47,416 nucleotides of DNA from Tidjanibacter sp. GTDB lineage: Bacteria > Bacteroidota > Bacteroidia > Bacteroidales > Rikenellaceae. The translations under genes and the position numbers were made by a program. The notes below the pieces were generated by a model. That model was given only the letters and a program-made list of their open reading frames with translations. It was not told where the DNA came from and made no database searches. Positions 1-7,411 of the stretch are shown here, piece after piece; positions within the stretch are counted from its first letter, which is position 1; each line of letters starts with the position of its first letter. The stretch spans positions 1-47,416 of the forward strand of contig JAGBHS010000032.1 in the NCBI GenBank assembly GCA_017935385.1, in the 5' to 3' direction.

Positions 1-1
1 C

Positions 2-481
2 ACACCGCTATTGAAACTCACCAGCAGCGAATACTGCAACCGCAACACCTATGATGCTGTGCAGGTGTACGGCGGTTCGGGTTATATGCGTGATTTCACG
101 GTAGAACGCCTTTACAGAGATGCGCGTGTAACCTCAATATATGAGGGGACATCGCAGTTGCAGGTGGTTGCAGCCATCCGCTACGTCACCAACGGAGCTT
201 TGTTGAACAAGATTGAGAAATATCTGGAACAACTGCCCGCATCGGAACAGAAAAGTCGCCTGACCGTCATGACCGAACAGTTTGCCTCGGCATGCACCAT
301 GGCGGCAGAACAAGGTGCTGCTTTCACCGATCGTCACGCCCGCCGTTTGGTGGAGATGGGTGCAGGAATTGTCATGGGTGCCCTTCTGCTCCTCGACAAA
401 GCAGACGAGCAATCTGCCAATCTTTACATCCGTATGGCACAAGCAGAAAATGCCGCAGCCATAACCTTTATGACCGCATAA
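2..481 (+). CDS. Acyl-CoA dehydrogenase, C-terminal part (5' truncated by window edge)
   Basis: Frame open from base 2; ACAD C-terminal signature AVQVYGGSGYMRDFTVERLYRDARVTSIYEGTSQLQ. Confidence 0.9.
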   Translation, partial: TPLLKLTSSEYCNRNTYDAVQVYGGSGYMRDFTVERLYRDARVTSIYEGTSQLQVVAAIRYVTNGALLNKIEKYLEQLPASEQKSRLTVMTEQFASACTMAAEQGAAFTDRHARRLVEMGAGIVMGALLLLDKADEQSANLYIRMAQAENAAAITFMTA

Positions 482-496
482 GTGTGCATGCACAAT

Positions 497-532
497 AAAA
501 GAATAGCCGGACCTGAAGGTCCGGCTATTTCT
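497..532. terminator. Bidirectional intrinsic terminator between convergent genes
   Basis: Perfect 12-bp stem AATAGCCGGACC (502-513) / GGTCCGGCTATT (518-529), A-run on left, TTTCT on right. Confidence 0.8.
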
Positions 533-555
533 ATATATACATCCGACTCAACCAT

Positions 556-1416
556 CTACACAAACGACTCCACCTCGGAAATCGCACCAACCACCGCCTC
601 CTGATAGGTCTTTGACACGGGAATATGCTTCATTCCATCGTATTTCAGCTCCAAATACATTCCCTTACGTTCGTTCTTGAACAATTTTATCTTAGACTTA
701 TTGACCACATAACTACGGTGGCAACGAATCAGGCGACCGCCAAAATTATCCTCAATAGTCTTTATCTTACAGCGCAACATGTAATGGCATATCTTTCCGC
801 CACTCTCATAAAAAACATTCACATAATTATCCTGCGATTCGAGATAGTAGAGAGAATCCATGCTCAGCGTGAGTTTCAGATTGCCGTTGTTATCGGTCAG
901 ATTGATATACTCAACTCCATCCGTAACCTCATTGCTAATGAAACTACGATACCCAAGCCGTTTCAAAATTTTGCGCTGATGGTTGTAGATACCATACATC
1001 AAAGCCAAAGAATAAGGTATGGCCAATATCAAAAACAGGCACATCAATGCTTTGAGAAAGATCATTCCGAACGAATACTCCTCCGTCAAGACAAAGACGG
1101 TCGTTATCATAGAATACAGAGCCGATATCAAAACCAGTTCTGACGCATTCCATAATATATATTGTATATACGATATACGAACTTTCTTACTGACATAGCC
1201 CATTAACAACTTGCTGACCAACAGAATCAGTATAGCCACCAGATAGAACAACAACATCAACACCATCTGTTCCTTGTTCTCGAAACCAAACCAAGATGTA
1301 ACCGACAACGGTGTGTAGATATTCATGAAAACTATCGAAAACAACACCACAAAAAGCAATGTTCCCAACAGATAACTTCGTTCAAACAGATATCGGGGTA
1401 TATATTTCGTTTTCAT
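556..1416 (-). CDS. Membrane-anchored LytTR-family transcriptional regulator (about 4 TM helices plus C-terminal LytTR domain, no receiver domain)
   Basis: Four hydrophobic segments in residues ~15-142; LytTR motifs LYYLESQDNYVNVFY, LIRCHRSYVVN, IPVSKTY. Confidence 0.9.
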   Translation of the reverse strand: MKTKYIPRYLFERSYLLGTLLFVVLFSIVFMNIYTPLSVTSWFGFENKEQMVLMLLFYLVAILILLVSKLLMGYVSKKVRISYIQYILWNASELVLISALYSMITTVFVLTEEYSFGMIFLKALMCLFLILAIPYSLALMYGIYNHQRKILKRLGYRSFISNEVTDGVEYINLTDNNGNLKLTLSMDSLYYLESQDNYVNVFYESGGKICHYMLRCKIKTIEDNFGGRLIRCHRSYVVNKSKIKLFKNERKGMYLELKYDGMKHIPVSKTYQEAVVGAISEVESFV

Positions 1417-1444
1417 AATAGACCTTTCTTGTTTTCCGTCGCTA

Positions 1445-1475
1445 CAAAGGTAAAAAATTCATGTTTATTGGCAAT
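1445..1475 (-). promoter_or_regulatory. Bacteroidota housekeeping-sigma promoter of the LytTR gene
   Basis: -7 element TACCTTTG (revcomp of 1445-1452) with ATTG 19 nt upstream (1472-1475). Confidence 0.6.
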
Positions 1476-1530
1476 CATTTCACCCCATTTAATACGACGT
1501 TCACCACATAAACCCCGTTTTAGACCACTA
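1458..1530 (+). promoter_or_regulatory. Phased direct repeats, putative LytTR operator
   Basis: TTCATGTTTA (1458), TTCACCCCAT (1479), TTCACCACAT (1500), TAGACCACTA (1521): exact 21-bp period. Confidence 0.65.
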
Positions 1531-1567
1531 TAAGCGGGATTGATGCAAAAAGAGAAAAAGATTGCCA

Positions 1568-1575
1568 TACTTTTG
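1568..1575 (+). promoter_or_regulatory. -7 promoter element for the acp-fab operon
   Basis: TACTTTTG matches TAnnTTTG; no TTTG at the expected -33 position. Confidence 0.6.
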
Positions 1576-1636
1576 CACCGTCAAACAAATCACACGACAA
1601 TTCGATTGTTTCACCTTAATAAAACACTTAAAAATC

Positions 1637-1876
1637 ATGGAAAGAAAAGAACTTGAAGTAAAAGTTATCGACATTATCTCGGATAAACTTCACGTAGAAA
1701 AAGATCAGGTTACTCCCGAGGCCAGCTTCACCAATGACCTTGGCGCAGATTCTCTCGACACCGTTGAGTTGATCATGGAGATTGAGCACGAGTTCAACAT
1801 CTCAATTCCCGACGAAGATGCTGCCGGTATCTCTGTTGTAAAAGATGTTATCGACTACGTTGAGAACCACATCTAA
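1637..1876 (+). CDS. acpP: Acyl carrier protein
   Basis: 79 aa from ATG 1637 (MERKELEVK); phosphopantetheine site [14 protein letters not shown]. Confidence 0.93.
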   Translation: MERKELEVKVIDIISDKLHVEKDQVTPEASFTNDLGADSLDTVELIMEIEHEFNISIPDEDAAGISVVKDVIDYVENHI

Positions 1877-1928
1877 TATAAAGTAAAAAAATCACACAAT
1901 TAATCACGCTTCAACACAAACGCATATC

Positions 1929-2882
1929 ATGAGAATCATCGGAACAGGCAGTGCCACTCCCAAAAAAACGATAACCAACGACATGTTGGCCACGTTCCTC
2001 GACACCAGTGACAGTTGGATTACCGAAAGAACCGGCATCAAACAACGTCAAATCATGTCGGAGGGCGAGAGTCTGGAAGCTTTGGCCGTGGAGGCTGCAA
2101 AGAGTGCGATTGAGAATGCAGGCGTGACCGCAAACGAAATCAACTATATCATCTGCTCCAATACCGCCAAAGAGATGCTTGCTCCCACATTGAGCAGCAT
2201 TATCGTGGGCGGTATCGGTACGCAGTGTCCTTGCATGGATGTAAATGCCGCTTGTGCAGGATTCATCTTCGCACTCGATCTGGCAGACAGTTTGCTGTCA
2301 AGTGGCAAGGCGGAGAATATTTTGATCGTTTGCGCAGAAGAACCGACCCGAATGGTCGACTGGAACGATCGCAGCACATGCGTTCTCTTTGGAGATGGAG
2401 CAGGAGCAGTAGTCGTTTCAAAAGGCGGTGAGGAGTGCACCATAAAAACCAATACTGTCAGCAAACCCGAAGTATTGTACTATCGTGGTGCATTGCAGCC
2501 CACACCGTTTCAGGGAGAAGAGGAGTGTACAGCATTGAGAATGAACGGTCAGGAGGTATTCAAATATGCCGTATCTTCATCTCTTCACGACATTCAGTCA
2601 TTGTTACGCAGTCGTAACATTGATAAAGAAAATGTGAAATACTATCTCTTACATCAGGCCAATGTAAGAATCATAGATGCCATACACCACTACATGAAAG
2701 TGGATGAGTGTAAGTTTCCGCGCAATATCGCCAAATATGGAAACACCTCATCGGCCAGCATACCCATTTTACTTGATGAGCTCAACCGTGCAGGCGGATT
2801 GGAGAGTGGAGATTGGTTGGTTATGAGTGCCTTCGGAGCCGGATTTACCTCCGGAGCACTCCTCATCAAATGGGATAAATAA
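1929..2882 (+). CDS. fabH: 3-oxoacyl-ACP synthase III
   Basis: DTSDSWITERTGI, catalytic Cys in NAACAGF, His in HQAN, Asn in GNTSSAS, FGDGAGA. Confidence 0.95.
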   Translation: MRIIGTGSATPKKTITNDMLATFLDTSDSWITERTGIKQRQIMSEGESLEALAVEAAKSAIENAGVTANEINYIICSNTAKEMLAPTLSSIIVGGIGTQCPCMDVNAACAGFIFALDLADSLLSSGKAENILIVCAEEPTRMVDWNDRSTCVLFGDGAGAVVVSKGGEECTIKTNTVSKPEVLYYRGALQPTPFQGEEECTALRMNGQEVFKYAVSSSLHDIQSLLRSRNIDKENVKYYLLHQANVRIIDAIHHYMKVDECKFPRNIAKYGNTSSASIPILLDELNRAGGLESGDWLVMSAFGAGFTSGALLIKWDK

Positions 2883-2901
2883 ATTAATTTTGGAGAAAGA
2901 T

Positions 2902-4152
2902 ATGAACAAAAGAGTTGTTATCACAGGTATGGGAGTCATCACTCCGGTCGGCAACACGGTTGACGAATTTTGGAGTAATTTGACCAAAGGAGTTTGCGGA
3001 ATCGACTATATTGACGGTTACGAAGAGTTCAACCTTCCGATTAAGATTGCCGGACAGGTCAAGGAGTTCCACCCCGAGCAGTACAATGTAGCACCTGCCA
3101 TCATGCGCAAGTGTGACCGCTATTGCCAGTATGCTCTCGCAGCAGCAAGTCAGGCAATGGAGCAGAGTGGACTGAAATCGGGTGAGAATATCCAACCGGG
3201 CAGACTGGGCGTATATGTAGGTTCAGGTATCGGCGGTTTGACCACCATCGAAAAAGAGAGTCAGAAGCTCTTCTCGGAGGGTGTAAATCGCATCTCACCT
3301 CTCTTCATCCCCATGATGATTGCCAACATAGCAGCAGGAAACATCGCCATTCAGTTCTCGGCCGAGGGTCCTTGTCTGCCTGTCGTAACAGCTTGCGCCA
3401 CAGGAACCCACTCAATAGGCGAGGCTTATCACGCCATCAAACACGGCTATGCCGATGCCGTTATCTCGGGTGGTGCCGAAGCGTCTATCCATCCCATTGC
3501 AATAGGTGGTTTCAATAACAGCAAAGCACTCTCACGCAATCCCGATCCCAAGAAAGCATCCATTCCGTTTGACAAGAGAAGAGATGGTTTCGTGATTGGC
3601 GAAGGAGCCGGAATCCTTGTATTGGAGGAGTATGAGCACGCAAAGAAACGTGGAGCCAACATCATTGCAGAGGTGTGTGGTTATGGAAACACTTGTGATG
3701 CATATCACTACACCGCACCCCGTCCCGACGGTTCGGTGGCAGCCAATGCGATTAAAGCATCTCTTGATGAGGCCGGTTTCAAGGCAGGCGAGAATCTGTA
3801 TATCAATGCTCACGGTACCAGCACCCCGCTGAACGACAAGACCGAAACGGCGGCTATCAAACTCGCACTGGGTGAGGATGAAGCTCGCAAGGCGAATATC
3901 AGCTCTACGAAATCAATGACCGGCCACATGTTGGGCGCGACAGGCGGTGTGGAGATGGTAGTATGTGCCATGGCACTCAAAGACGGTATCGTTCCTCCCA
4001 CCATCGGTTTGGAGGAGGCTGACCCCGACTGCGACCTTGACTACACTCCGGGCAAAGCAAAAGAGATCAATCTCGATGTTGCCATCTCTAATTCATTGGG
4101 CTTCGGTGGTCACAACAGTTGCGTAGCATTAAGAAAATACAAAGCAGAATAA
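2902..4152 (+). CDS. fabF: 3-oxoacyl-ACP synthase II
   Basis: Start ATG 2902 (MNKRVVITGMG); TACATG Cys, NAHGTST and KSMTGH His, NSLGFGGHN. Confidence 0.95.
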   Translation: MNKRVVITGMGVITPVGNTVDEFWSNLTKGVCGIDYIDGYEEFNLPIKIAGQVKEFHPEQYNVAPAIMRKCDRYCQYALAAASQAMEQSGLKSGENIQPGRLGVYVGSGIGGLTTIEKESQKLFSEGVNRISPLFIPMMIANIAAGNIAIQFSAEGPCLPVVTACATGTHSIGEAYHAIKHGYADAVISGGAEASIHPIAIGGFNNSKALSRNPDPKKASIPFDKRRDGFVIGEGAGILVLEEYEHAKKRGANIIAEVCGYGNTCDAYHYTAPRPDGSVAANAIKASLDEAGFKAGENLYINAHGTSTPLNDKTETAAIKLALGEDEARKANISSTKSMTGHMLGATGGVEMVVCAMALKDGIVPPTIGLEEADPDCDLDYTPGKAKEINLDVAISNSLGFGGHNSCVALRKYKAE

Positions 4153-4171
4153 CAATAAAGAGAAAGAGATA

Positions 4172-4621
4172 ATGGAGAAGAACAAATTAATGGACAAGGA
4201 TGAGATCATGACCTACATCCCTCATCGCAAACCGATGTTGTTGGTAGACGAGATCATTATTGACGACAATGACGTTTCAACGGGCAAATATCACGTGACC
4301 GGAGAGGAATTTTTCCTTCAAGGACACTTCCCCGGCAATCCCGTGGTTCCCGGAGTGATCATTTGCGAGATTATGGCTCAGTCTTGTTCTCTGTTGGTAG
4401 GCGATTACCTGAAAGGCAAAACTCCCTTCTATGCAGGTATTGACAAGGTAAGATTCCGTTCTTCTGTATATCCGGGTGACACGATTGTTACTACTGCCCG
4501 CATCACCAACCGTCGTGCAAATCTGTTCTTCATCGATGCAGAGGCAACCGTAAACGGTAAGGTTTGTTGCCAAGGTTCAATATCGTTTGCACTCATTGAC
4601 AACGACAAACTAAACAAATAA
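4172..4621 (+). CDS. fabZ: Stand-alone 3-hydroxyacyl-ACP dehydratase (FabZ/FabA hot-dog fold)
   Basis: IPHRKPMLLVD and GHFPGNPVVPGVIICEIMAQ motifs. Confidence 0.9.
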   Translation: MEKNKLMDKDEIMTYIPHRKPMLLVDEIIIDDNDVSTGKYHVTGEEFFLQGHFPGNPVVPGVIICEIMAQSCSLLVGDYLKGKTPFYAGIDKVRFRSSVYPGDTIVTTARITNRRANLFFIDAEATVNGKVCCQGSISFALIDNDKLNK

Positions 4622-4632
4622 AAGAGTCTTAC

Positions 4633-4658
4633 AAAAAAAGAATCCGGCAAGGCCGGAT
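4633..4658 (-). terminator. Intrinsic terminator oriented for a minus-strand transcript
   Basis: Stem ATCCGGC (4642-4648) / GCCGGAT (4652-4658) with A7 on its left, i.e. a U-tract on the minus strand. Confidence 0.55.
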
Positions 4659-4848
4659 ATCCGCCACGGTGTTCGGTGTGGAGGGTTTGTGTGATGGTGT
4701 TGTGAAAGTGAACAAAACGCATCGGCACACCGTGGCGGATGTCAGGCCTCGGGTTTGACTCATTCAAAACCTATGCTTTAATCACCTACGTCATCCGATA
4801 CTTTCGGACAAGGTGATACAACTTTGCTGTTAAAACTCGAACAGCAAT
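4650..4848. ncRNA. Candidate structured non-coding element (one ~100-nt hairpin plus three short hairpins); family not recognised
   Basis: Perfect 14-bp inverted repeat 4659-4672/4727-4740 extended by G-U pairs; further stems at about 4751-4771, 4781-4817 and 4824-4847. Confidence 0.45.
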
Positions 4849-4851
4849 CCT

Positions 4852-4891
4852 TAAAGGGCAGAAAACAAAACTTCTGTCCTTTATTTATTTT
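4852..4891 (+). terminator. Plus-strand intrinsic terminator
   Basis: TAAAGGGCAGAA / TTCTGTCCTTTA stem (one G-U) followed by TTTATTTT. Confidence 0.6.
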
Positions 4892-4892
4892 G

Positions 4893-4909
4893 TTGGTACG
4901 GCATTTGAT
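4893..4909 (+). promoter_or_regulatory. Possible sigma54-type -24/-12 promoter
   Basis: TTGGTACGGCATTTGAT vs consensus TGGCAC-N5-TTGC; GG-N10-GA, 23 nt before the ATG at 4933. Confidence 0.4.
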
Positions 4910-4932
4910 ACACTTGACATGGATTCTAAAAA

Positions 4933-5649
4933 ATGTTTACCATGCAAACACAACAGGCCATTTCTCATAGTCCGCTACTGCGACTTGCCAACTTCATCAC
5001 CATTCTCGGCAGCATAGCAATTCTTTCCTCTCTCACGTTTGATATAGTCAAAGAGAACACCTACCTTTTGCCGGGCCCACTACTCGATCTGCATCTGGTG
5101 ATTTGCCTGATATTTATTGTTGATTTCTTTGCCTGGACTCTTTCTGCAACACGAAAATGGCGTTTCTTCTTCAGCCACATTTTTCTGCTGCTGGTGTCCA
5201 TCCCCTATCTCAACATAATGAATTTATTGGGGATAGAGTTGTCTAAATCCAGTTACATCTTCCTGAAATGTCTGCCCCTGTTGCGCGGTATGGTGGGAAT
5301 ATACTATGTAGTCCTACACTTCTCACGCAGCCGTCTGCACTCGCTTATGCTCACCTATATATTTATAATCATCGCACTCAGCTATCTGGCCGCCCTATTC
5401 TTCTATGCTTACGAAAATGGCGTAAATCCTGCTCTCCACGGATTCGGCAACGCCCTCTGGTGGGCAGGCATGAACATCACGACCGTGGGGGCAAGCATCT
5501 TCCCCGTCACGGCCGTGGGCAAAACATTGGCAGTAATCCTACCCGGTCTGGGCATGATTTTCTTCCCGCTATTTACCGTATACGTAACCTCATTGCTGGA
5601 ACAATCAGACCGATGTCCCTCCGATTCAGCGACAGAACAAAAAGACTGA
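4933..5649 (+). CDS. Ion channel, potassium-channel superfamily (Ion_trans_2-like pore), non-canonical filter
   Basis: Multiple TM helices; pore region FGNALWWAGMNITTVGASIFPVTAVGK; start could be 4933 or 4942. Confidence 0.8.
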   Translation: MFTMQTQQAISHSPLLRLANFITILGSIAILSSLTFDIVKENTYLLPGPLLDLHLVICLIFIVDFFAWTLSATRKWRFFFSHIFLLLVSIPYLNIMNLLGIELSKSSYIFLKCLPLLRGMVGIYYVVLHFSRSRLHSLMLTYIFIIIALSYLAALFFYAYENGVNPALHGFGNALWWAGMNITTVGASIFPVTAVGKTLAVILPGLGMIFFPLFTVYVTSLLEQSDRCPSDSATEQKD

Positions 5650-7410
5650 CTATTTGACAGATATGGTGTAATCACTCTTATAATCGAGCAGAGTCCACTG
5701 ATCGTTCACATACTTGCCTCCATCAAACACAAAATGATAAGGCACCTGCAACGGAGGCAACTGACGACCATTCAGACTCTCCGAGAATTCGCCTGACGCA
5801 GAGTCGAAATAGGCTCCCGCGAAGAGTTTCACTGCATCATATCCACGATAAGAGTACAATGTAGGGAATGCCCCGAAAGCCTCCATATATCGTTTATCAA
5901 AGTTACGGATGGTCTGATTGCTGATATCCACATGATATGAGGTAACCAACGACACATCCAGTTTGAAGAACAGATTTCTCTCAATATTGTTATATCTCAA
6001 CCATCTGGAATTTCCTATCACCTTCACCGGTGCATTGGTCATCGAACGTGCCAGACGATTGTTATGCATCGAACTGATGGCTGCCAACACTCTGTCTGTT
6101 TCCGTCTCATTGGCAGAAATCACCACGAAAAGGTTCTCTATTCCCTCCTTCAATGACTCCTCCAACAACATGCCCTCGCCATACGCCACCTCACTATGGG
6201 GCAGACCGCCTAGCAGTTCCAACATCTCACGTTCCATCTCCACATCCTTCTGTCCCGAATAGACAAAAATAATGTTCTTGTCGGCCGTAAAATATTGTTT
6301 CAGTTTCTCGTTCTTGTTCTGCGGTGCGGGCGACAACTGATAGAACATATTACCATAATCTTTCTCCACGATTGCCAATGGCGACACCATCACAACGCCC
6401 TTACTGCGTGCAAACTCAACCACTGCTTCGCTGTTGCGTTCATAGACGGGGCCTATAATCAGATTGCTCTTGCCAAACTCCCCGCTTTGTTCCACAATAC
6501 GTCCTACCTCTTCGGCAGAATTTTTCGTGTCATACAGATTGAAAGCCACCGAACGCCCCTCCGTCTTCAAGTCTTCCAATGCCAACAGAGCCCCCTGATA
6601 GAACTCCATGAAAATTTCCCTCACTCGTCCCTGCGCATTGGTCAGCGGCAACAACATAGAGATATTCATCACACCGCCCGTATAGCGTTCCACAACCACA
6701 TCGGTCGGCACCACATTCTCTTCCACAACCTCTTCCGGCACAACCTCCTCTTCCTTCACCTGCTCCTTCTTGGGAATCCTGACCATCGCACCGGCCTTTA
6801 TTATACCGTCCTGCAAGTCATTCAGGGCAGTAATTTCCTCCACCGTGGTCTCATACATACGGCTCAGCGAGTAGAGAGTTTCGCCCGGCTGGGTGAGATG
6901 AAGCGTATAGTCCTCCGCAACCTGGCTGATCTCCTGCGCAAACACCTCCAACTCTTTCTCTATATGCTCGTTCTGTGTGGCACCCATCTCGCTTTTTCGG
7001 ATATTGATGCGACTACCTATCTTCAACGCCGACACATCTATACCCGGGTTGTCGGCAATTATCACATCCACCGAAACACCATATTTTTTGGCTATCGAAT
7101 ACAGAGTATCGTGCCTAACCACCTTGTGTTTCTTGAAGAGTCGCGAAGAGGCTTTCTGCGCCTGCTCCCTGAACGGCAACTTCACCACCTCGCCCGCTTT
7201 GAGCATCTCCATTCCCTCATTATTGGCCTGAATATCCTCTATTGCCAACCCATACGTGCGCGACAAAGAGTACATTGTCTCTTTTGGTTGCACCGTATGC
7301 AGATAATATTTGGTTCCATCAATTGAAACCACTCTATCCGACTTCTTGTCCTGACCCGCCATAGTCACAACGGTGGTCAAGGCCAATAACATCAAAAAAA
7401 ATCTCTTCAT
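5650..7410 (-). CDS. Secreted protein with three LysM domains and a type-1 periplasmic-binding-protein-like domain
   Basis: Signal peptide MKRFFLMLLALTTVVTMAG from ATG 7410; LysM repeats HTVQPKETMYSLSR, HKVVRHDTLYSIAK, HLTQPGETLYSLSR; ISMLLPL...EFYQGALLA...LIIGP. Confidence 0.85.
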   Translation of the reverse strand: MKRFFLMLLALTTVVTMAGQDKKSDRVVSIDGTKYYLHTVQPKETMYSLSRTYGLAIEDIQANNEGMEMLKAGEVVKLPFREQAQKASSRLFKKHKVVRHDTLYSIAKKYGVSVDVIIADNPGIDVSALKIGSRINIRKSEMGATQNEHIEKELEVFAQEISQVAEDYTLHLTQPGETLYSLSRMYETTVEEITALNDLQDGIIKAGAMVRIPKKEQVKEEEVVPEEVVEENVVPTDVVVERYTGGVMNISMLLPLTNAQGRVREIFMEFYQGALLALEDLKTEGRSVAFNLYDTKNSAEEVGRIVEQSGEFGKSNLIIGPVYERNSEAVVEFARSKGVVMVSPLAIVEKDYGNMFYQLSPAPQNKNEKLKQYFTADKNIIFVYSGQKDVEMEREMLELLGGLPHSEVAYGEGMLLEESLKEGIENLFVVISANETETDRVLAAISSMHNNRLARSMTNAPVKVIGNSRWLRYNNIERNLFFKLDVSLVTSYHVDISNQTIRNFDKRYMEAFGAFPTLYSYRGYDAVKLFAGAYFDSASGEFSESLNGRQLPPLQVPYHFVFDGGKYVNDQWTLLDYKSDYTISVK

Positions 7411-7411
7411 T

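Noticed and set aside
2-481. Acyl-CoA dehydrogenase as part of the fab module
   Set aside because: Separated by a strong terminator and the convergent regulator; its upstream context is outside the window, so linkage cannot be supported
4429-4767. His/Thr-rich minus-strand ORFs as attenuator leader peptides
   Set aside because: They run through the terminator and no amino-acid biosynthesis gene lies downstream; the composition follows from the AC-rich loop
4650-4850. Retron msr-msd, SRP RNA, fluoride/TPP/cobalamin riboswitch or hammerhead ribozyme
   Set aside because: No reverse transcriptase nearby, and the conserved cores (SRP helix 8, CUGANGA, GCUGAGA, B12 box) are not present on either strand by eye
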